From Candidatus Xenobia bacterium (GTDB lineage Bacteria; Vulcanimicrobiota; Xenobia; Xenobiales; QWHO01): a DNA stretch of 64,000 nt. The notes beneath the pieces were generated by a model. The model ran no database searches, was not told where the DNA came from, and saw only the letters and a list, made by a program, of their open reading frames with translations. The position numbers and the translations under genes were made by a program. Positions 27,058 through 35,289 of the stretch are shown piece by piece; within the stretch, counting starts at the first letter, position 1; every line of letters begins with the position of its first letter. Where the stretch lies: positions 1 through 64,000 of the forward strand of contig BTUM01000004.1 of assembly GCA_045863235.1 (NCBI GenBank), written 5' to 3'.

Positions 27058-27900
27058 ATGGGATCTCTGTTCCGCAAGCCTCCCCCCGCTGAGCCCCCGC
27101 GCACTCTCCAGGAAGCTCTGGGGAAAACACTCAGCGCCCTTTTGGCGGGGCGGGCCACGGTCTGCCAGTACCACGTGCGCAAGAACCTGCTCCCGCCCGA
27201 CTGGATGCTGGGACACTACCGGGTCCGTCAGGGAGAATCGGGGGCCCGGCTCTCCCCCATCGACTACTACCTGCCAACCGTGGAGTCGCCCGAGGAAGCG
27301 ATCGCCTCGATCTCGCAGGCCCTGGCCGTCTATCGCCACCTGGACCGGATCAGCCTGGGGCTGGTCACAGCCTCGCTCGGGCTGGTCGAGGAGACGGTGG
27401 ATGCGGTGCACCGCTATCTCATACGCCACCAGGAGCCCTCCCGACTGGTGGTGGTGATGGGACTTCGCGAGCTAACCCCGGTGATGCAGCGGCTGGCCGC
27501 GCGTCGCGACTTTCCCCGCGTGGGACTGGTGCTCCAGGAGATGTACGACCTGGAGGCACTGGTGCACACTCTGCCTCTGGCCGCTCGCACGGGGGTTCCC
27601 CTGGGCTTCCACACCATTCGCCCCATCAGCGAGTTGCGCGGCAAAGAGGTGCGCGTGGGCTTTCTCAACGCCATGAGCGCCACCTTGATGGCCGGCGCGC
27701 TGCGCCTGACCGAGCCCGAGCTGCGCGAAGTCTGCCGCACCTGGGACGTGCGCTTCGAGCCCGGACAGGTCCGGGCGGAAGGACACAGCCTGCCACTGGC
27801 GGCAGTGCAAGAGCTGGCCGATGCTCACCTGCTGGGCTACGAGTGGAGCAGCGAAGTGCTCGACGAGTTGCAGCGGCATTTTCCGGAGAACTTTCGGTAG
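27058..27900 (+). CDS. Hypothetical protein
   Basis: Protein-like composition; start placed at MGSLF (uncertain). Confidence 0.6.
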   Translation: MGSLFRKPPPAEPPRTLQEALGKTLSALLAGRATVCQYHVRKNLLPPDWMLGHYRVRQGESGARLSPIDYYLPTVESPEEAIASISQALAVYRHLDRISLGLVTASLGLVEETVDAVHRYLIRHQEPSRLVVVMGLRELTPVMQRLAARRDFPRVGLVLQEMYDLEALVHTLPLAARTGVPLGFHTIRPISELRGKEVRVGFLNAMSATLMAGALRLTEPELREVCRTWDVRFEPGQVRAEGHSLPLAAVQELADAHLLGYEWSSEVLDELQRHFPENFR

Positions 27901-27932
27901 GCCAGATTCCGACCTGAAGCGAAAGGGAGCGC

Positions 27933-28556
27933 GTGAGCCAGATCCGCATTCTCATTGCCGACGATCACGCGGTGGTGCGTCAGGGCCTGCGCATGTTTCT
28001 CGAGCTCGACCCCGAGCTGGTGGTCGTGGGCGAGGCCTCGGACGGCCTGGAAGCTCTCGAGAAGGCCCACGAGCTGAAGCCCCACGTGGTGGTGATGGAT
28101 CTTTTGATGCCCCGGCTGGACGGCATCCAGGCCATCGCCCGGCTGCGCCAGGAGCTTCCGGAGGTGGAGGCGGTCGCCCTGACCAGCGTGCTGGATGATG
28201 CCTCGGTGGTGGGCGCGGTGCGAGCGGGGGCCATGGGATACCTGCTCAAGGACGCCCGAGCGGAGGAGCTGTGCCAGGCCATCCGGGCGGCCGCCGCCGG
28301 CCAGGTGCAGCTGTCGCCCCAGGCGGCGGCCCGCCTGCTGCAAGAGATGCGCTCACCCCAGAGCCCCGATCGGCTGACCGAGCGCGAGACCGAAGTGCTG
28401 CGCCTGGTGGCCCGGGGCGAATCCAACCGGGCTATCGCCCAGACCCTGTCCATCGCCGAAAAGACGGTCAAGACCCACGTCAGCAACCTGCTGGCCAAGC
28501 TGGGCCTCTCCAGCCGCACCCAGGCCGCCCTCTATGCGGTGCAGCACAAGCTGTGA
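27933..28556 (+). CDS. NarL/LuxR-family response regulator
   Basis: IADDHAVVR, MDLLMP, LTERETEVL...KTVKTHVSN. Confidence 0.95.
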   Translation: MSQIRILIADDHAVVRQGLRMFLELDPELVVVGEASDGLEALEKAHELKPHVVVMDLLMPRLDGIQAIARLRQELPEVEAVALTSVLDDASVVGAVRAGAMGYLLKDARAEELCQAIRAAAAGQVQLSPQAAARLLQEMRSPQSPDRLTERETEVLRLVARGESNRAIAQTLSIAEKTVKTHVSNLLAKLGLSSRTQAALYAVQHKL

Positions 28557-30070
28557 TCCCCCCTCCGTTCGAGCCGATCGAGAACCTCTTCGACCCCGCC
28601 TTGCTGCCCCATCTCGTCGGAGCCACCCCCGCCGGGGTCGCCGTGCTCGACCCCTGGCGACGAGTCGTCTTCGCCAATCCCGCCGCCTGCGAGATTCTGG
28701 GCCGCACGCTGGGCGAGCTCCAGGCCCAGGACTATGCCCGGTATTTTCCTCTCGAAGAAGGCGAGGAGCTCAAGCGCAGGGTTGCCGATCCGCTCATCCC
28801 TCAGCGCAGGCGCTACCCCACCCGGGTCGTCCGCCCCGACGGCGAGGAGCGCGAGGCCGAGATGCTCCATTTCCACCTGCAACTGCCCACCCGCAAGCTG
28901 GTGGCAGTGGTGCTGCTCGACGTCACCGAAGGACGTCGCCTGGTGCACCGGATGGCCACCCTCACCCACTTTGCCTCCAGCCTGGCCTATCAGGGCAGCC
29001 TGGAGGAGACGCTCGCCTCCCTTGGCAGCAAGGTGGTGCAGACCACTTACGCCCGAGCCTGCTCGGTGGTGCTCCTGGACGAGCGCGGGCTTCGCCCCGG
29101 CTGCCTCACCGGCCTTAACCCCGAGTTCTGGCGAGAGTTCGAGCGCCGCTGGCTGGAAGGCGAGCCTCTGACCGCCAAGCAAGCCATCGAGTCGGGCGGA
29201 GTGGTCGTGGACCGCGACCTGCGCCGGCGCGCGCCCTGGGTCGGGGCCGTGGAATGGGACACGGCCATGGCTGTACCTTTGAAGTTCCGCGGCTGCGTGC
29301 TGGGGGCCCTGACCGGCTACTACCTGGCCAATTGCGCCCTGGGCGAGGCCGAGACGACCTTTCTCCACACCCTGGCCGACCTGGCCGCGGTGGCCGTTGA
29401 GAACGCCCGCCTGATGGAGGAGCTGCGCGAGAAGGCGGCCCTGCAAGAGCGGGCCCGCCTGGCCCGCGAGCTGCACGACTCGGTCTCGCAGGCCCTGTAT
29501 GGCATCACGCTGGGCATCAAGACGGCCCGGGCTCAGCTCGAGCGAGACCCGGCCCGGGCGGCTGAGCCGTTGGAGTATGCTCAGAGCCTGGTGGAGGGCG
29601 CCTCCGAGGAGATGCAGGCCTTGCTCTATTCGCTGAGGCCCGAATCGGTGGACGAGAGCGGGCTGGTGGAAGCGCTGACCCGCCACGCGGCCTCGCTGCG
29701 CTCGCGCCACGGGCTGAGGGTGGAGGAGAGACTGGCTCCCGAGCCCGAGCTGAGCGCCGAGCGCAGGCACGCCCTGGTGCGGGTGGCCTCGGAGGCTCTC
29801 CACAACGTCGTCAAGCACGCCCGTTCCCGGAGCGTGACCATCGAGCTGCGGACCGATGAGCGTCACGTCAGTCTGGTCATCGCCGACGATGGCAGGGGCT
29901 TCGAGCCCGAGCGCGAGTTCCCGGGACATCTAGGTCTGCGGGGCATTCGCGAGCGACTCTCCGGGCTGGGGGGCAGGCTGGTCCTGACCAGCGAGGCGGG
30001 CCGGGGCACTCGCCTCATGGCCGAGCTGCCGGTGAAGGAGTTGCCTGCCGACCCCGCGCAAGCCACCTGA
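28553..30070 (+). CDS. PAS-GAF sensor histidine kinase (HisKA_3)
   Basis: ERARLARELHDSVSQ, EALHNVVKHA, DDGRGF; GTG start overlaps the regulator stop. Confidence 0.92.
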   Translation: MIPPPFEPIENLFDPALLPHLVGATPAGVAVLDPWRRVVFANPAACEILGRTLGELQAQDYARYFPLEEGEELKRRVADPLIPQRRRYPTRVVRPDGEEREAEMLHFHLQLPTRKLVAVVLLDVTEGRRLVHRMATLTHFASSLAYQGSLEETLASLGSKVVQTTYARACSVVLLDERGLRPGCLTGLNPEFWREFERRWLEGEPLTAKQAIESGGVVVDRDLRRRAPWVGAVEWDTAMAVPLKFRGCVLGALTGYYLANCALGEAETTFLHTLADLAAVAVENARLMEELREKAALQERARLARELHDSVSQALYGITLGIKTARAQLERDPARAAEPLEYAQSLVEGASEEMQALLYSLRPESVDESGLVEALTRHAASLRSRHGLRVEERLAPEPELSAERRHALVRVASEALHNVVKHARSRSVTIELRTDERHVSLVIADDGRGFEPEREFPGHLGLRGIRERLSGLGGRLVLTSEAGRGTRLMAELPVKELPADPAQAT

Positions 30071-30071
30071 G

Positions 30072-32339
30072 ATGCGCTGGATGGCTCTGGCAGCCGCCCT
30101 TTTCCTGCTCGTGCTGGCCCGCGGCCAGGCCCCGACTCCGAGCGGACAGCTGGTCTTTCTGGCGGTCCTGGCAGTCGTCCTGGAAATCATGGCCGTTCCC
30201 CTGACCGGGGTGGGATTCTTCTCCTCCGCTTTCGGACCGATCTTCGCACTGGCTCTCATGACCGGGGCCGGCCCGGCGGCCGCCGCCGTGGTGCTGCTCG
30301 CGGGCGTGGGTGTGCGCAGCCTGCTTTACGCCCGCAGCCACGCCGGACCGCGCACGTTGCACGAGGCCCTGGCCGACCTCCTTCCGGCTCTGGCCGCCCT
30401 GGCCGCGGTGGCCTGGCTGACCCCGGCCGGCGGGGGTCCCCTGGCCGGGGTGGGAATCGGTCTGTTGGCCTACCTGCCCCTGGCGCTCGTGCTCCCCGAC
30501 CGGATGCTGGCGCCCTGGGAAAAAGCCGGGCGGGGAGCCTGGGAGCGGCATCGCGAGCTGACCTCGCTCTATGTGGCCGGGGTGGCAGGCCTGGGGCCGG
30601 CCCTGGCGCTCTTGTTTCAAGCCGGGTCGTGGAACGGGCTATGGCTCTGCCCTTTGCTGCTCGGTCTCCACCGGGCCGCTCAGGTGGATCTGCTGCGGCT
30701 CGACCTGCTCGACCGCGAGCGTCTCGAGCTACGCGCTCAGCAGTCGCGCGAGGCGCTGCAGGTCACCCAGACCAGGCTCTCCCAGACCCAGAGCGAGCTT
30801 GGCATCGAGTCGCAAGAGCGCAAGCTGTTGCAGGAGCTGATCGCCTCCATGGCCGGGAGCCCGGACCTCGAGAGCTTGCTGGCACTGATCGGTGGATCCG
30901 TGCGCAAGATGGTGCGCTGCCAGAGCGTTCTGATCTTTCTCAAGGACGACGCGGTCCCACCGGGCTCGATCGTGGAGCGTTGCTGGCAATCGGGCAAGGT
31001 CACCCCGGGCCAGGGGATGAAGGCCGAAGCGGTGGCTGCGGCCCTGCCGATGGAGGGCGAGGGCGTGCTCTATGTTGGCCGCCAGCAAACGGAGTTCAGC
31101 TGGGAGGAGCGTCACTACCTGGTCATCCTGGCCGGGGCCGGCGGCCTTGGAATTCAGTCAGTGCGCCGCTTCGAGGAGGAGCGCCGAGCCCAGCTCAAGC
31201 TGCGGGTGTGGGTGCAGCGCCAGGCCTATCTCCTGGAGGGAGCTCGCGTGCTGGCCGCGGGGCTGGCTCGCGAGGAGATCCTGGAACGCCTGCGCGGACT
31301 GGTGCAGGACACCATCCCTCATGAGCGCGGAGCGTTCTTGGAGCCGGACCGGGGGCAGATCGTCTTGTCCTGGCCGGAGAGCTTCCAGCTCGAGCCGGCC
31401 GCTCGCCAGGCGGCATCGAGCGCAGCCCGACAGGGGGTTCCCGTCACGCAGGACTCGCTGCTGGCCGTCCCCCTGATCCACGAATTCAAGGTGGTAGGGG
31501 TGGTCGTGCTGCATTCCAGCCAGGGTTTCAGCTCCGAGCAGGCTGATGTGCTGCAGACGTTGGCCTACCAGGCGGCGGTTGCCCTGGACAATGCCGCGAC
31601 CCATCGCCAGCTCAAGCTCTCTCAAGCCCAGATGGTCCAGTCTTCGAAGATGGCAGCTGTCGGCCAGCTGGCCGCGGGAGTGGCCCACGAGCTGAACAAT
31701 CCGCTGGGAGCGGTGGTGCTGGCCCTGGAAGGAGCCCGGGTGGCCCTGGACACAGGCAAGCTGGAGCGGATCGGGCCCAAGCTGGACATCTGTGAGCGAG
31801 GGGTGGGGCGCTGCCAGGAGATCGTCTCCAAGCTTCTTTACAGCTCGCGAGGCGGCGAAGCCGTCACCGCTTCGGTGACCCGACTGAACGTGCTGCTGCA
31901 AGACACCCTGACCCTGCTCGGCCCGCAACTGGTGAACCAGGGTATCGAACTGGTCAGCACCAACCCGCCCGACCTGCCCCGAGTGGCGGGCGCATCCAAC
32001 GAGCTTCAGCAAGTCATCACCAGCCTTCTGCAAAATGCCGGTCAGGCGGCCCTGGACCCGGCCGCGAGCTCGCGCCAGGTTCGGCTTTCGACCCGGGCAG
32101 AGGGGGGGATGGTGGTGCTGCGGGTGGAGGATGACGGGCCGGGAATTCCGCCAGAGATTCGGGAGCGCATTTTCGAGCCATTCTTCACCACCCGCCCACC
32201 CGGTCAGGGAACAGGGCTGGGGCTGACCCTGAGTCTGCAGATCGCGCAGGCCTGCGGGGGCAGTCTCCAGCTCGTGCCCGGGACTGGTTCTGGAGCCATC
32301 TTTGAACTGGTCCTGCCGGCCCTGACGACGCCCAACTGA
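30072..32339 (+). CDS. Membrane-bound GAF sensor histidine kinase (NtrB-like)
   Basis: Multi-TM N-terminus, GVAHELNNP, DDGPG, FFTT, GTGLGL. Confidence 0.9.
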   Translation: MRWMALAAALFLLVLARGQAPTPSGQLVFLAVLAVVLEIMAVPLTGVGFFSSAFGPIFALALMTGAGPAAAAVVLLAGVGVRSLLYARSHAGPRTLHEALADLLPALAALAAVAWLTPAGGGPLAGVGIGLLAYLPLALVLPDRMLAPWEKAGRGAWERHRELTSLYVAGVAGLGPALALLFQAGSWNGLWLCPLLLGLHRAAQVDLLRLDLLDRERLELRAQQSREALQVTQTRLSQTQSELGIESQERKLLQELIASMAGSPDLESLLALIGGSVRKMVRCQSVLIFLKDDAVPPGSIVERCWQSGKVTPGQGMKAEAVAAALPMEGEGVLYVGRQQTEFSWEERHYLVILAGAGGLGIQSVRRFEEERRAQLKLRVWVQRQAYLLEGARVLAAGLAREEILERLRGLVQDTIPHERGAFLEPDRGQIVLSWPESFQLEPAARQAASSAARQGVPVTQDSLLAVPLIHEFKVVGVVVLHSSQGFSSEQADVLQTLAYQAAVALDNAATHRQLKLSQAQMVQSSKMAAVGQLAAGVAHELNNPLGAVVLALEGARVALDTGKLERIGPKLDICERGVGRCQEIVSKLLYSSRGGEAVTASVTRLNVLLQDTLTLLGPQLVNQGIELVSTNPPDLPRVAGASNELQQVITSLLQNAGQAALDPAASSRQVRLSTRAEGGMVVLRVEDDGPGIPPEIRERIFEPFFTTRPPGQGTGLGLTLSLQIAQACGGSLQLVPGTGSGAIFELVLPALTTPN

Positions 32340-32377
32340 TGGTGCTCGAAGTCCACTCCGAGGACTTTTATCCAGGG

Positions 32378-32405
32378 CTCCAGGTTTCTTTAGGAATTCC
32401 TCAGG
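32378..32405 (+). promoter_or_regulatory. OmpR/MprA-type direct-repeat site
   Basis: CTCCAGG, CTTTAGG and CCTCAGG at 10-11 bp spacing. Confidence 0.5.
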
Positions 32406-32484
32406 TAAGTGCACCTGGGGGGAGGGTATGATGACGCCGGGTAGTTCATTCGACCTACCCACTCTCTCTGGAGGTTTTACAAGG

Positions 32485-32790
32485 ATGCTTCGCAACTTCG
32501 TTCTCGCCGCCGCCGCCGTCGCGGTCACTTACCTGCCCGCCTCGGCCCAGGTCGGCGTCACCATACAACTCGGCAATCCCTACCCCCCCCCGCCGGTCTA
32601 CTATCCCGTGGCTCAGCCTGTCGTGGTCCAACCGCGACCGGTCATCGTGCAGCCACGGCCGGTGCTGGTGCAACAGCAGCCCGTCTACTACCAAACCCCT
32701 CGTTACTACGGTTCCGACTGTCGACCGGTCAAATACAACAAGAAGCACCATCGCAAGCAGCGCGGTCACCGGGGGCACTGCGACGACTGA
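32485..32790 (+). CDS. Small secreted Pro/Val/Tyr-rich protein with basic His-rich tail
   Basis: GGAGG RBS; signal peptide ending ASA-Q; QPRPV repeats. Confidence 0.75.
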   Translation: MLRNFVLAAAAVAVTYLPASAQVGVTIQLGNPYPPPPVYYPVAQPVVVQPRPVIVQPRPVLVQQQPVYYQTPRYYGSDCRPVKYNKKHHRKQRGHRGHCDD

Positions 32791-32827
32791 TGGGAAGTCC
32801 CCCATCCAGCGTCGAACCACACCCTGA

Positions 32828-33514
32828 GTGACCGACAAAACCGAGACCCGAGTCCGCATCCTGGTCGTCGACGATGAGCCTTCCATCGTCGACTACATCA
32901 GTCTCGGGCTACGCTACGAGGGCTTCGAGGTGGGCTCAGCCGGGGATGGACGACAGGCACTGCAAACCTGGAGAGACTTCCGCCCGGACCTGGTGGTGCT
33001 CGACCGGATGCTTCCCGACGGGGATGGGCTCAGCGTCTGTCGCGAGCTGCGCGCCCTGAGCGAAGTTCCGGTCCTGATGCTGTCAGCCCGGGGCGAAGTT
33101 GAGGATCGGGTAGAGGGCCTGCAGTGCGGGGCCGATGACTACCTACCCAAACCGTTCAAGTTCGAGGAGCTGCTGGCCCGCATCCAGGCTCTGCTTCGCC
33201 GCACCGGGCGTCATAATGACAGGCTCCTGCGTTATGCCGACCTGGAGCTCGATCCATCCACTCGCCGACTCCGAAAATCCGGCGAGGGCATCGAGCTGAC
33301 AGCCCGCGAGTTCGACCTGCTCGAAGCTCTCATGCGCCGCCCCACTCAGGTCCTCACCCGCGAGCAGTTGCTCAGCCAGCTCTGGGGTTTCGACTTCGAG
33401 GGCAACACCAACGTGGTGGAGGTCCACATCAGTTCCTTGCGACAGAAGCTGGGAGACACGGACCGCACCTTGATAAGAACCGTGCGCAGCGTAGGGTATG
33501 CTCTCGGGGGCTGA
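32828..33514 (+). CDS. OmpR-family response regulator (MprA-like)
   Basis: VVDDEP, LDRMLP, GADDYLPKPF, IRTVRSVGY. Confidence 0.95.
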   Translation: MTDKTETRVRILVVDDEPSIVDYISLGLRYEGFEVGSAGDGRQALQTWRDFRPDLVVLDRMLPDGDGLSVCRELRALSEVPVLMLSARGEVEDRVEGLQCGADDYLPKPFKFEELLARIQALLRRTGRHNDRLLRYADLELDPSTRRLRKSGEGIELTAREFDLLEALMRRPTQVLTREQLLSQLWGFDFEGNTNVVEVHISSLRQKLGDTDRTLIRTVRSVGYALGG

Positions 33515-34970
33515 TCCCGGACGCCTCTCGCTGCGCTGGGTTCTGGCCCTGGGTCTGGCGGGGCTGCTGCTTCTATCGCTGAGCGTTCTGGGATTCTCTG
33601 TCCACAGCCTGGTGGCCCGCCACCTCGTTCGAACCGGTGAGTATCGGCTGTCTCGAATGGTAGCCGAGGGTCTGGTGGACGAGTTCGGTCCGCGCGACTG
33701 GCGCCCCGAAGGACAGTTCGAGGCCCCGGCCGAGATACTGACCCGAGCAGACCGATTGACCGAGGCAGTCTCGCTCGTCGAACCCTGGGCCTTTATCCAG
33801 GTCTTGCGACCGGACGGGGCCCTGGTGGCCGAAGCCGAGCCCCGACGCTTTCGGGATTCTGAGCCGTACTCACCTCAAAGTAGCCAGCTGGCCGCCCTGA
33901 TCCCCCTGGCCGAGAACCGGCGCAGCCTGCTCGTTCGCTCGGGCCCACGCACCTGGCAGGTATCTGTTTTCACCCTTGCTCGTAACGGACAACCCAGGGC
34001 CGTAGTGGCGGTCGGCCTGCCCTGGGACCTGTCCCGCGAGCTGCTCGACGCTCTGGCCTGGTACTTCGTGGTGGTGGGTCTGAGCACGCTGCTGCTCTCG
34101 GTAGCGGTGAGTCACTGGCTCGCCTCTCGCCTTTCGCGCCCCCTGGAAATCCTCACCGGGGCGGCCGAGCGGGTTGCTTCAGGCGACCTGAATCCGCCCG
34201 GCCCGCTGGTCGAAAGCACCCGTGAGGTGGCCCGACTGTCCCTTGCTTTCTCGAGAATGGTCGAGAGCCTGCAAAAGTCTCGCGAAAACCAGAAGCAGTT
34301 CGTGGCCGACGCTTCTCACGAGCTGAAGACGCCGCTGACAGCCATCGGAGGCATGCTGGAGATGCTCCGTCGGGGAGCCGACAAGAACCCGCAGGATCGA
34401 GAGCTGGCCCTTTCAACCATGGAGCGAGAGGTGGAGCGAATGGGCCGCCTGGTTGGCGATCTGCTGGCGCTCTCGCGGGCCGAGCAGCGCACCGCCACCC
34501 CGCCGGGAGTGGTGATGCTCCCCCCCTTCCTGGAGGAGATCGCGAGCTACGTGCGCCTCAAACGCATGGATCACATCGTTGAGGTGGACTGTCCTGCAGG
34601 TCTGGCAGTGCTGGCTCAGGCCGAGTCGCTCGACCGAGTGGTCCGAAACCTGGTCAACAATTCGGCCAAGTACACTGCCGCTGGCAAGCGTATCCGCCTT
34701 TCAGCCCGCCGGGAAGGGGCTTTCATTCGCCTGATGGTCGAAGACGAGGGAATCGGGATCGCGCCCGAGGATCTGGAACGGGTCTTTGACCGCTTCTACC
34801 GGGCCGACCCGGCTCGCTCCCGAGGGACAGGGGGCACCGGTCTTGGCCTGCCCATTGCGCGCGCGCTCGTGGATGCCATGCACGGCTCACTTTCCCTGGA
34901 AAGCGAGCCGGCACGCGGAACTCGCGCCATCATCCTGCTCCCCGCCGGAATGCGCTCTGAGGATCTTTAG
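33498..34970 (+). CDS. HAMP-domain sensor histidine kinase
   Basis: Two TM helices, FVADASHELKTP, FDRFYRAD, GGTGLGL. Confidence 0.93.
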   Translation: MLSGADPGRLSLRWVLALGLAGLLLLSLSVLGFSVHSLVARHLVRTGEYRLSRMVAEGLVDEFGPRDWRPEGQFEAPAEILTRADRLTEAVSLVEPWAFIQVLRPDGALVAEAEPRRFRDSEPYSPQSSQLAALIPLAENRRSLLVRSGPRTWQVSVFTLARNGQPRAVVAVGLPWDLSRELLDALAWYFVVVGLSTLLLSVAVSHWLASRLSRPLEILTGAAERVASGDLNPPGPLVESTREVARLSLAFSRMVESLQKSRENQKQFVADASHELKTPLTAIGGMLEMLRRGADKNPQDRELALSTMEREVERMGRLVGDLLALSRAEQRTATPPGVVMLPPFLEEIASYVRLKRMDHIVEVDCPAGLAVLAQAESLDRVVRNLVNNSAKYTAAGKRIRLSARREGAFIRLMVEDEGIGIAPEDLERVFDRFYRADPARSRGTGGTGLGLPIARALVDAMHGSLSLESEPARGTRAIILLPAGMRSEDL

Positions 34971-35004
34971 ATTTTCTTCAGGAAAGCTCCGGGCAGCCTT
35001 CAGC
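34965..35004 (+). promoter_or_regulatory. OmpR/MprA-type direct-repeat site
   Basis: CTTTAGA, CTTCAGG, CTCCGGG and CTTCAGC at exact 11-bp spacing. Confidence 0.55.
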
Positions 35005-35289
35005 CCTTCCGGTTAGGATGACCTTGCTCAGGTTCGTACCCGCGAACCGAGCCCAGCTGCCCCGGTGGTCGCCAGGAACTCCCCAACTGGCGGCCTCCGG
35101 GCCGGCGCCCGGTGACCAGAACCCTGGCCCTTTTGCTCCTCATGGCAGCAAGGGCCGAAAGTGGCGTACGGACGCCATTTCGGCCATCAAAACTCAGCCA
35201 GATGGTCACAATTCGGCAATAATCCTCTAACAAGGAACTGTTACTTTCATGCTATGGGGAGATACACACCCGGAATGGGAGGTCTTCCT

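Noticed and set aside
35018..35230. 70-aa ORF after the direct-repeat array
   Set aside because: No RBS or recognisable features and its ATG overlaps the putative -10 box; more likely a leader region.
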